The notes beneath the pieces are model-generated. The model was not told the DNA's origin, ran no database searches, and worked only from the letters and a program-made list of their open reading frames with translations. A DNA stretch of 64,000 bases, from assembly GCA_965248695.1 (NCBI GenBank), contig CBDFKD010000002.1, positions 5,024,001 through 5,088,000 on the forward strand, given 5' to 3'. Of this stretch, positions 27,918 to 38,952 are shown piece after piece; within the stretch, counting starts at the first letter, position 1; each line of letters starts with the position of its first letter. Source of the DNA: Acidobacteriota bacterium. GTDB taxonomy: Bacteria; Acidobacteriota; UBA890; WLXD01. Both the position numbers and the translations under genes were made by a program.

Positions 27918-29430
27918 CTATTGCACGATCACGATTGCGTCGTTCGACGCAATCGCATCGCCGCAGCTGTTGCGGGCGATGATCCGAACGTAGTACGTGC
28001 CCGGACCGACCCCCGTCGCCATGAAACTGGTGTTCGGGCTGCTGAGATCTCGACCTGGAATGAGGTCGGATGCGCCGTCTCCTGACCCCGCCTGCAAGAT
28101 GTAGGTGGTGGGCGCGTTGGCACCGCCCTGGCTGCTCCATGTCAGGGTCACGGTTGTTCCGCTGACGCCGGAGGAAACTGTCACCGCGCTCGGCGGGCCG
28201 GTACACGATCCTCCTGCTGGCCCTCCGACATCCAATTCCACCTCATTCGATGGGCCGCTCGTGTCCACGAGATTGGTGGCATGAACACGTAGGAAGTAGG
28301 TTCGACTCCCGACGTTGTGGGTGACCAAGCTCGTCACATTGCCGACTCTCGAGATGACGATGTCACTGCCACCGGACGACGATCCGACGTGCAAAATGTA
28401 CTCGGTTGGAGCGCCACCCGAGCCCGGTGGGCTCCATGAGATCGTTACGGTCGAGCCGTCTGCGGACGCCGTCAGATTCGACGGAGCGCCTGGAGCGCTT
28501 TCTTCACCGCCACCGGTACCGTTCCCCGATCGGTAGTTCGCCACGATCCCGGCAGTCTCCTCGATGACGCGAGCGTTGTTAGAGATGCCTCCAACGCCTA
28601 TCGGGCCCGCCTCCGGCCCGCTGTAGGAAATGTTCGGATTCGAGAAGACAAGGAGCTCCAAGCACACCCGACGGAACCGGTCCACGCACTGGTCCACATA
28701 CGACATGACCGTTTGCCACGACTTGTTTGCCGACGGCCCGATGTGGACATGCCCGTGTCCGTCGCTGGAGTAGGCGCTGCCCTGCACGTACGGGTCGTGC
28801 CCCGGTCCCCATGTTGTGGCCGATCTCGTGAGCGAACGTATAGTTGGACACGCAAAAGAATGACGTCACGCTGAACGCCCATTCCGGGAACCCTGGCGAG
28901 ACCCAAGCGACCCCGCAGAAGTCGATTCCGTAGGTGAGCATGGCGACGAGGTCTGCCGCGTACCGTTCCCTGAGGGCGCCGACCGACTCCGACTTCCTGA
29001 GCCATGACAAGTCGTTGCTCATGGAGGACGATTCCGTGTAGGCGATCTCCTGCGTGTTGGCCAGGGTCAACCGAGCTCCTGAGCCACTGTTGCTGAAGGC
29101 GCCGTTCGTCTGCGCAACCCCCAGAAACGCCAGATTCTGAATGGCTGTCGTCCCACCGGCGCGCTGGCGCGCCTGCGGCGTGTACAGCACGAGGATCCTG
29201 ATGTCGCCGGCGCCATCCTTGGTCGTGGGGGTCGAGGTCTTTGTCTCCGGCTTCGCTGTGTCGCTCGGACGAGCGGGGAGGTGCTCCGGCGGAAGCAGCG
29301 CGCGGTCAATCTCCAGAACCCGATGGGTGCCGGCCCGTCCGGGTCTGACGCTGAAGGCCCGTTGACCGTCGCTGATCTCTGCTGTCAGCACTCCTTGGTG
29401 AACGACGAGGATGGCCTCCTGGTACGGTCG
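27918..29430 (-). pseudogene. M12B/reprolysin-like zinc metalloprotease with two FN3 domains; frameshifted, N-terminus apparently lost
   Basis: IRILVLYT, ADLV, CGVAW, FAHEIGHNMG then an extra G in GGGG (28800-28803); removing it restores G-T-G-H-D (HExxHxxGxxH), the TVMSY Met-turn and FSNP. APGAPSNL and TYYVRI mark FN3. Confidence 0.8.
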
Positions 29431-29545
29431 CCCTGGCTGGCAGAAACGAGCAGCAGCGCGAGCGTGATGGTCGGCACCGTTGTAGGGGACCGAAGTAGAT
29501 TGCCCAGGTCCATGACGCTCCCTGAGGCCAGGTAGTTGACAACTG

Positions 29546-29577
29546 AAGCGTAGCGCCGGAGCAGTTCAGATCCAACG
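29546..29577 (-). promoter_or_regulatory. 32-bp repeated arm, TTGGAT-N17-TACGCT
   Basis: aagcgtagcgccggagcagttcagatccaacg; both hexamers and flanks identical to the 19769 and 22315 copies. Confidence 0.7.
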
Positions 29578-29702
29578 GCAGGAGCGAGGCGAGAGCGCAG
29601 TGCGGACTGCGGAAGATGCGCCGGTGAACGTCGGCGTTTGCAACCAGTGTTCTACCCTGGGCGCCCGAACAGTGGATCAGGTCGCGGCGAAAGGAGACAT
29701 TC

Positions 29703-30738
29703 ATGGAGTATCGAGCCCTCGGCAGGACTGGCTTGCAGGTTTCCTGTATCGCCTTCGGAACCGACAACTTCCTCGACCCGACGCCGGAGGACGAGTCTCG
29801 GCGCATGCTCGACCGGGCGCTTGATGCGGGGGTGAACTTTCTGGACACGGGCGACGTGTACGCCGGCGGCGAAGCCGAGAAGATGATCGGCCGTGCGCTC
29901 AAGGACAGCGGCCCGGCGGCATGAGGTATTGCTGTCGACGAAGGTCGACCACTGCATGAGCATTCCGGGCCAATCGCTCGACGAGCACAGCCCGACGTCT
30001 GAGCCGAACCGACACGGTCTCTCGAAGTACAACGTCATCCGCGCCTGCGAGAACTCGCTGCGCAGCTTCCAGACCGACACCATCGACGTTTACTACGCTC
30101 ATAGGCACTCTCCCGAGATCCCACTCGACGAGACTCTTTCGGCGCTCGACTACCTGGTGCGCTCCGGCAAGGTCCGCTATGTCGGCACCTCGACGCATCC
30201 GGCGTGGGTGCTAATGGAGACGCTGGCGATCGCCAAGGAGCTCGGATACCAGCGAATCGTCACCGAGCAGCCGCCCTACAACCTGCTGGATCGGCGCATC
30301 GAGAACGAATTGATCCCGATGGCGCAGAAGCACGGCATCGGACTGATTACCTGGGCGCCGATGGGAATGGGAGTGCTGGCTGGCCGCTACGACGACGCCG
30401 ACGATCTACCTCAGGACTCTCGCGCCGTCTACAGGGGCGGCTTCTACCGCGACCGCGTCACGCCACGCGGCGTGGAGGTGGGGAAGCGCTTCGGTGCTAT
30501 CGCACGCGATCTGGGTTTGACATCGGCACAGCTGGCGCTTCTGTGGACCAAGGACCAGCTCGGGGTGACTGCGCCGCTGATGGGACCGCGAACGATGCAG
30601 CATCTCGAGGACGCCCTGCCGGTGGCCGACATGACGCTCGACGACGAGACGCGCGCCGCCTGTGACGCCCTCGTGCCTCCGGGCTCCGCCGTGGCGGACT
30701 TCCACAACACGTCGGGTTGGATGCGGATGTCGGTCTGA
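29703..30738 (+). pseudogene. Aldo/keto reductase, frameshifted near 29912
   Basis: MEYRALGRTGLQVS, DTGDVY, then an extra C (ggcccggcgg); continues LSTK, LVRSGKVRYVG, EQPPYNLLDR. May be a sequencing error. Confidence 0.85.
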
Positions 30739-30784
30739 GGCCCGTAGACGCCAGCGTGCTCCTCGGTTACCCCACATGACCGCT

Positions 30785-30896
30785 CCTGACTAAGAAATGT
30801 GCAGGATGCTTTCTTCTTGCTTTAAGGTATCTAAAAGAAGTAATTAATCACTTATAGAACTCAATTCTGACTTCTAATAACTACTCCGTGAAGTGA
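30785..30896 (+). promoter_or_regulatory. AT-rich upstream regulatory region
   Basis: About 110 bp strongly AT-rich (e.g. aaaagaagtaattaatcacttatagaactcaatt) in a GC-rich window. Confidence 0.5.
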
Positions 30897-31350
30897 ATGA
30901 GCAAGTCGAGTTCCAAGAAGTCCAGGGGCCGTCAGGTCGACGTGAGCCAGGGAGAAGAAAGCCCGATCATTCTCGTGGCCGACGACGACCCGATGATCCG
31001 CCTCACCGCGCGGACGACCCTGGAGAAGTGGGGCATGCGGGTAGCGGAGGCCGACGACGGGCCGGCCGCGCTCGCCGCACTTGACGATCACTACCCGTGG
31101 CTCGTGCTCCTCGATGTGATGATGCCCGGTATGGATGGTTTCGAGGTCTGCCGTCGGTTGCGGGAGTCCGAGGATCACTCACGCATTCCGGTCATGATGC
31201 TGACAGGGCTGGATGATACCGAGTCGATCCGGCGTGCCTATGACGCAGGCGCCACCGATTTCTTCACCAAGCCGGTGAATTGGATGATTCTCGCGGAGCG
31301 GGTGCGGTACATGCTGCGCGCCGCGTATGACAGCGGCCGTCTGGAACTGT

Positions 31351-32714
31351 GGATCCGGCCCGAGTCCTGTGGAAATAAAGATGGCGTAACCTCCGAGTAG
31401 GAAAAACACAAAGCCGCCACGAGCGGCAGGAGGCTACGCCGTGAAGCAGGTTAGCACGGAGGGAACCGGGCTCGTCGAGTTCCGGCAGGACGTACAGGCG
31501 CTGTTGCGCACCAGGATCCGCGAGGCGATCCAGATGACGCTTGACGAGGAGCTCACCGAGGCGCTGGGTTGCGACCGATACGAGCGCAACGGGCAGCGGC
31601 GAGGCTACCGCAACGGCAGCCAAAGGCGTCGGGTGACGACAGCCCAAGGGCTCCAGGAGCTGGACATACCGCGGGGGCGCATCGTGGGGCAAGACGGCAG
31701 CACCCGAGAGTTCCGCAGCGCGATCCTGCCACGGTACGCACGGCGAGCCCGGCAGGTGGACGAGGCGATCCTGGGAGCATACCTGGCGGGAGCCAACACC
31801 CGGCGGATCCGCAAGGCGCTCTCTCCGCTGCTGGGCAAGGCGCACCTGACCAAGAGCACGATCTCCAGGGTGGTGGGGCGCCTGAAGGCGTACTTCGAGC
31901 GCTGGAGACAGCGAGATGTGTCAGGCGAGCGGTACTGGATCCTGTATTTGGACGGGTTCCATCTGAAGGTCAGGCTGGCGAGGCGGGTCGTGTCGGCGCC
32001 GGTACTGGCGGTGCTCGGGGTCCAGCCCGACGGCCAGAAGGTGTTGGTAGCGTTGCAGTTGGCGGTCTCGGAGGCAGCGGTGCACTGGCAAGGACTGATC
32101 GAGTCGCTGGTGAGACGAGGGCTGCAGGCGCCGGAGGTGCTGATCGCCGACGGCCACAAGGGCCTGGCCAAGGCGATCGAGGTATGGCCCGATGTGTCGG
32201 TGCAGCGGTGCACACAACACAAGTGGAGCAACTTACGCGACCACTGCCCGGTTCATGCACGTGCGGAGATGAAGCGGGACTGGGATGCGATCGTCCGGGC
32301 CGATGACGGCAACCAGGCCAGAGCCGCCTACGCCGCCTTCGTACGCAAGTGGTCGACCCTCGTGCCCGCCGTGGCCCGGAGCCTGCAGGAGGCCGGCTTG
32401 AACCTGCTGACTTTCTACCAGTTCCCGAAGCCGATGTGGAAGACGCTGCGCACCACCAACGCCCTCGAGAACCTGAACCGGGAGTTCCGTCGTCGTACCA
32501 AGACGCAGGGCTCGTTCTCGACCGAGGCCGCTGGGGTGACGTTGCTGTGGAGCCTGGTCGCCTTCGGCCAGATCCGCATGCGACGCATCGATGGCCACCG
32601 GTTCTTGGCTCAGCTCACGTGCGGCCCCGACAAACAGGCCGCCTAACCGATAGGATCATCCGTCGTCGCGGAGGAGACGCTCATCCAATTTCCACGACAT
32701 TCGGGGCACATCCC
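31351..32714 (+). mobile_element. IS256-family element with 8-bp target duplication GGAACTGT
   Basis: TSD at 31343-31350 and 32715-32722; imperfect IRs (ggatccggcccga...gtggaaat / atttccac...tcggggcacatccc). Confidence 0.93.
31441..32646 (+). CDS. IS256-family transposase
   Basis: GYRNG, IPRGR, LYLDG, IADG, QRCTQH, TTNALENLNREFRRR. Confidence 0.95.
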   Translation: MKQVSTEGTGLVEFRQDVQALLRTRIREAIQMTLDEELTEALGCDRYERNGQRRGYRNGSQRRRVTTAQGLQELDIPRGRIVGQDGSTREFRSAILPRYARRARQVDEAILGAYLAGANTRRIRKALSPLLGKAHLTKSTISRVVGRLKAYFERWRQRDVSGERYWILYLDGFHLKVRLARRVVSAPVLAVLGVQPDGQKVLVALQLAVSEAAVHWQGLIESLVRRGLQAPEVLIADGHKGLAKAIEVWPDVSVQRCTQHKWSNLRDHCPVHARAEMKRDWDAIVRADDGNQARAAYAAFVRKWSTLVPAVARSLQEAGLNLLTFYQFPKPMWKTLRTTNALENLNREFRRRTKTQGSFSTEAAGVTLLWSLVAFGQIRMRRIDGHRFLAQLTCGPDKQAA

Positions 32715-34588
32715 GGAACTGTACGAGCGGATGCTCGAAGACGCCGGCCTCGCCCACTGGGAGTCGCCCGACGCGACCGAGAAGGTGATGGACTTCTCTC
32801 AGCGTTCCAAGGAGCTTCTGAGGCTCCCCTGGGCGACGAGCAGATGCGCCGAGCGCGAGTTCATGGAGCGGGTGCTTGCCAGCGATCGCGGAGAGTTAGA
32901 AGCGGTGCGCACGAAGGCCCGGGAGTTTGGCCGCGCATACACCATCGAGTATCAACTCTACGATCGCAACGATGACACGCTGTTCGTCATAGAGCGTGGC
33001 GAGATGCTCCGGGACGACCGCGACCGCGAGCCGAAGCTGGTCGCCACATGTCAGGACATCACTGCCCGTCGCAAGAGCGAGGAGCGGATCGAACGGCTGG
33101 CGAACTCCGATGCGCTCACCGGGCTACCGAATCGGCGTCTGCTCGACGACCGTTTCCAGCAAGCACTTCACCGGGCCGGCCGCCAAGAGCGACCGCTAGC
33201 GTGTCTGTTCCTGGATCTGGATCGTTTCAAGCAGGTCAACGACAGTCTCGGGCACTCGGCCGGCGACGAGTTGCTCGCCGAGGCGGCGAAGCGCCTACTA
33301 GGCTGCGTACGCGACGTCGACACCGTGGCCAGGTTCAGTGCGGAGATCGAGCCGACGGTGGCGCGCTTCGGGGGCGACGAGTTCGTCATCCTGCTCGAGG
33401 CGATGCGCAACGAAGACGACGCAGAATTGGTGGCTCGGCGCATCCAAGAGCTGTTTGCTTTCCCATTCTCCATCGGCGGCTACGATGATCTCCGAGTAAC
33501 ACCGAGTGTCGGGATCTCTCTGTTCCCGCGCGACGGTACGGACTCCGAGACGTTGCTCAAGCACGCCGACGCGGCGATGTATGAGGCCAAGGAGCGTGGC
33601 GGCAAGGACTACAGCTTCTTCAGCCAGGAGATCGACGACAAAGCGCAACGCCGGCTTTCCATCGAACAGGCGTTGCACCGTGCGCTCGACAACAACGAGT
33701 TCTTTCTCCACTACCAGCCGCTGTTCTCGGCCGCTGACGGGAGCCTCACTGGAGTCGAGGCGCTGCTGAGGTGGACCGGTCCGGAACACGGCATGGTCTC
33801 GCCTGCGGAGTTCCTGCCGATCGCTGAAGACACCACCCTGATCCTGGCCATCGGCGATTGGGTGTTGGAGCGGTCCTGCGCCGATTGGCGGGCTCTCTTC
33901 GACGCGGGGGTTCCACCGCTGCGAGTAGCGGTCAATATCTCGGCGCTGCAGCTGCGGCGTGGTGACCTCGTGGCGCGCATTCGATCCGTACTCGGCAGCA
34001 CCGGCTTCCCGGCGCAGTGCCTCGAGCTCGAGCTTACCGAGAGCCTTCTCATTGGCGACGCTTTCCACGTCCACGACGCGCTGGACAAGCTCAAGGAGTT
34101 GGATGTCAACATCGCCCTCGACGACTTCGGCACCGGCTACTCATCGCTGAGCGTCCTCAAGCAGTTTCCTATCGATCGAATCAAGATCGACCGCTCGTTT
34201 ATCAGGAACCTGACCGTCCACCCCGAAAACGAGAGCATTGTCAGCGCCATCATCGCGATGGCCGCCGGGTTGCGGATGCAGGTGAGCGCCGAGGGCGTCG
34301 AGCTCGACGAGCAGCTGAGCTTTCTCCGTAAGCGCGGCTGCGATGAAGTCCAGGGGTATCTGCTGGGGCACCCGCTGCCACTGGAGGAGCTGGTAGAGCA
34401 GCTCTTCGATCCTGACATTCGCTTGCCGGTGGCCTCCTGACTCCTGGACGTACCATCGGCTGGTTGCGCTTTGCGCCGACCTACCTCGCGTACCGTCCGA
34501 GGTTGCCCACAAGACGGTTGCCTCGCGTCGAAGGGCGGGTGATGCTTCGCGCTCGAGATCGCTCGCTTGTCAGGAGCGCACCACATCG

Positions 34589-34825
34589 ATGAACGGTATG
34601 ACCGCCAAACGGGTTCGCGAGCTACGCGGTACGGACACCGGCGCTGCGTTCGGTGAGCGAGTCCGGCTCGAGCTGGCCGACCTGCTCGCGGTACCCCTCA
34701 GCAACATTCCTAAGGTGAGCTATACACAGGTCTCGCGTTGGGAGAGTCGTGGCCTCGATCCGAGCACCGGGAAGATCTCGACGCTGGTCTACCTGGCGGC
34801 GCTACGGCGCTTGCGTCGGCGATAG
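34589..34825 (+). CDS. Small XRE-like helix-turn-helix protein
   Basis: RVRELR...VSYTQVSRWES pattern. Confidence 0.5.
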   Translation: MNGMTAKRVRELRGTDTGAAFGERVRLELADLLAVPLSNIPKVSYTQVSRWESRGLDPSTGKISTLVYLAALRRLRRR

Positions 34826-34885
34826 ACGGACGTCGGTGGCGAAGCGCAAGAGCTTCGTAGGTCCACCTTCACTTCCGCGACGGCG

Positions 34886-36304
<1,419 letters not shown>

Positions 36305-36448
36305 TCAACCCGAGGATCGTAGCAAGAGCCCAACGGGTCAACAAGCAGCCGGTATGCTACGCATCTGCCGCCAACTCGGCGGCCGGTCCCGGGCGCGACG
36401 GTCGTTGCCGTGCGCTCATTTGATCTTGCCCCGCCTGCTCGACAACCG

Positions 36449-36652
36449 ATGAATCTTGACTGGAAGCTCATCTGGATCGCCTTCGGCCTCGTGCTCATCA
36501 TCGAGGGGCTGCCGTACTTCCTCTTCCCGGAACGGGCCGTTGCGCTGCTGCGCCAGCTGGAGGACGCCGGGCCTGGACCGTTGCGGCTGTTCGGCTTTCT
36601 GGCAATGATGGCCGGGGTAGTGTTCCTTCTTGTCGGGCGCTGGCTTGCGTGA
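36449..36652 (+). CDS. DUF2065 (YjeT-like) small membrane protein
   Basis: AFGLVLIIEGLPYFLFP...LRLFG. Confidence 0.85.
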   Translation: MNLDWKLIWIAFGLVLIIEGLPYFLFPERAVALLRQLEDAGPGPLRLFGFLAMMAGVVFLLVGRWLA

Positions 36653-36670
36653 CGGACTAGCGATGGAGCG

Positions 36671-38176
36671 ATGGTGATCGAGATCGATGGTCTCAACCTG
36701 CGGTTGGCCGAGGTGGAACGCGTGGCGAGATCGGCCGGGCCCGCGGTCCAGCTCGCCGCGGCCGCGCGTGAGGCCATGGATCGTACGCGAGAGCACGTCG
36801 ACGCCATCGTGGAGTCGGGTGAGCCAGCCTATGGCGTGAACACCGGCTTCGGGCACTTCGCCGAAGTCAGCGTGCCGCCCGACCGGGTGCGTGAGCTACA
36901 GCTGAACCTGGTGCGATCGCATGCCGTGGGCACGGGCGAGCCCCTGCCGCCAGAGGCAGTGAGGGCGCTGCTGCTGTTGCGCGCCAACGTCATGGCGCGA
37001 GGTGCTTCGGGAGTGCGACCCGCAGTAGCGGATCAGATGCTCGGCCTGCTGCGAGCCGACGCGCTTCCGGTGGTGCCTCGTCAGGGCTCGGTCGGCGCGT
37101 CGGGCGACCTCGCGCCGCTGGGGCACCTGGCTTTGGTCCTCATTGGTGAGGGCGACGCCACGATCGATGGCGAGCGCGTGTCGGGCGCTGACGCGCTGCG
37201 CCATGCCGGGCTGGAGCCGCTGGAGCTTCTGGCTAAGGAAGGACTGGCGTTGCTGAACGGCACGCAGGTGATGACTGCCCTTGGTGTGCTTGCCAGCGCC
37301 GAGCTGTTGCGGCTCTGCAGCATTGCCAACGTCGCCGGTGCTCTGAGTCTGGAGGCGCTGCGCGGCAAGACAGGGCCGTTCGATCCCGTAGTGGCAGAGC
37401 TGCGACGTCACCCCGGACAGGCGGTGTGCGCCGATGAGCTACGCCACCTGCTACACGAGAGCGAGCTGGCGAACAGCGATGCGACACGGGTGCAGGACTG
37501 CTACTCGCTGCGCTGTATGCCGCAGGTGCACGGTGCCGCGGTCGATGCTTGCGAGGCCGTACGGCGGGTGCTCCGAATAGAAGTGAACTCGGCGACCGAC
37601 AACCCGCTCGTGCTCGCGGATGGCCGCCTGCTCAGCTGTGGCAATTTTCACGGGCAGCCAGTAGCCCAGGCGCTCGACTGGTTGGCGATGGCGGCCGCCG
37701 ACCTAGCGTCAATCTGTGAGCGCCGCATCAACCGGCTATTGAACCCCAACCTGTCTGGTCTGCCGGCGTTCCTGGTGCGCGACGGCGGAGTGCGGTCCGG
37801 ATATCTGCTGGTGCAGACCGCCGCCGCGTCGCTGGTATCCGAGACACGAACGCTGGCAGCGCCCGCCAGCATCGACAGCATCCCGACCTCGGCCGATCAG
37901 GAAGATCATGTGTCGATGGGCGTCTGGAGCGGCTGGAAGGCGATGCTGGCGGTGGTGAACTGCCGCCGGGTGGTGGCCATGGAGTTACTTTGCGCTGCGG
38001 AGGCAGTGAGCTTCCATTCCCCCGCGGTTCCGGCTCCGAGGCTGGGAGAAGCGCACGCCTGGGTACGGCAGGAGGCGGCAGCCCTCGACGCCGACCGCTC
38101 GCTCGCGGCGGATATCGAGAATCTGGCGAATCGCCTGGTCGATGACACGCTGCTCGCCCGGGTCGCGCTACGGTGA
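36671..38176 (+). CDS. hutH: Histidine ammonia-lyase
   Basis: YGVNTGFG, LVRSHA, GSVGASGDL (MIO), QDCYSLRC, NFHG, QEDHVSM. Confidence 0.95.
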   Translation: MVIEIDGLNLRLAEVERVARSAGPAVQLAAAAREAMDRTREHVDAIVESGEPAYGVNTGFGHFAEVSVPPDRVRELQLNLVRSHAVGTGEPLPPEAVRALLLLRANVMARGASGVRPAVADQMLGLLRADALPVVPRQGSVGASGDLAPLGHLALVLIGEGDATIDGERVSGADALRHAGLEPLELLAKEGLALLNGTQVMTALGVLASAELLRLCSIANVAGALSLEALRGKTGPFDPVVAELRRHPGQAVCADELRHLLHESELANSDATRVQDCYSLRCMPQVHGAAVDACEAVRRVLRIEVNSATDNPLVLADGRLLSCGNFHGQPVAQALDWLAMAAADLASICERRINRLLNPNLSGLPAFLVRDGGVRSGYLLVQTAAASLVSETRTLAAPASIDSIPTSADQEDHVSMGVWSGWKAMLAVVNCRRVVAMELLCAAEAVSFHSPAVPAPRLGEAHAWVRQEAAALDADRSLAADIENLANRLVDDTLLARVALR

Positions 38177-38925
38177 GCCGTACGGTGCCGAACGTCTGCC
38201 GTATCGGAGGCGTGTCCGTGGGGCTGCTGGCGGTGCTCGCCTGCGGAGCCGAATCGGTTGCGGCGCAGCGGACTTACGAGATCATCGACGACCTCGCAGC
38301 GCATGACTTCGGCGCGGCGTCGAGCCGTTATCGGATGTACGAGTCGGAGGTGTTGTCGCTCGAGGCGGCGCCGGTCTGGCGACGGGCGCTGGCGCACGAA
38401 GATGCCACCGTACGGGAATGGGCAGTAGACGCCCTGTCACGTGCCGGCGCCGCCGAGGACGTGGCTCGCATCACCGAGGTGCTCGACGACAGCTCGCGGG
38501 GCGTGCGACAGCAAGCCCTCGACGGGTTGATCCGCCTGGATCCGAGCGCCGCAGATCAGGCGTTCCGCGAGCGGCTCGACCGGTCGGCGCCCGAGCAAGT
38601 GGCACTGGCGGCGCAGGGTCTGGCGCAGCTCGGCGCGCAGGGAGCAGCCGTAGCGATTCTGAGGCGCGCCTTCGACGAGGAGTTGCCGGCGAGCACTCGC
38701 GGCGCGCTGATGCAGCCGCTGGCGGCTCTCGGCGACGCCGCAGTGGTGGGAGATCTGGTCGATCTGGCGCTCGACAGCGATGCGGATGTGCAGTTGCGGC
38801 GTCTGGCGGCCGAGGCTGTCGTCGCCATCGAGACGGCTGATCCCAGGGTTGCGCTGCGACGGCTGGCGACGGCGAACGACGAGTACATCCAGGCGCTCGG
38901 CGAGCGGGGGCTCGAACTCCAGTAG
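38173..38925 (+). CDS. HEAT-repeat protein, probably exported
   Basis: VREWAVDAL, VRQQALDGL, LRRLAAEA repeats; hydrophobic N-terminus. Confidence 0.75.
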   Translation: MSRTVPNVCRIGGVSVGLLAVLACGAESVAAQRTYEIIDDLAAHDFGAASSRYRMYESEVLSLEAAPVWRRALAHEDATVREWAVDALSRAGAAEDVARITEVLDDSSRGVRQQALDGLIRLDPSAADQAFRERLDRSAPEQVALAAQGLAQLGAQGAAVAILRRAFDEELPASTRGALMQPLAALGDAAVVGDLVDLALDSDADVQLRRLAAEAVVAIETADPRVALRRLATANDEYIQALGERGLELQ

Positions 38926-38952
38926 ATCAGGGAGTCGCGGGCGAGGCGGAAC

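Larger units (their letters stand above)
30897..34440 (+). pseudogene. REC-PAS-GGDEF-EAL c-di-GMP signalling protein interrupted by IS256
   Basis: REC (ADDD, LLDVMMPGMDG, KP) at 30897-31350; after the IS: DALTGLPNR, RFGGDEF, EALLRW, DDFGTGYSS. Removing the IS and one TSD copy restores the frame (RLELYERMLED). Confidence 0.9.

Noticed and set aside
29385-29513. ATG 29513 ORF as the signal peptide of the M12 protease
   Set aside because: Out of frame with the protease and stops after 42 codons; ambiguous.
17973-29577. CRISPR array (32-bp repeats)
   Set aside because: Copies are kilobases apart, separated by whole genes, and no cas genes are present.
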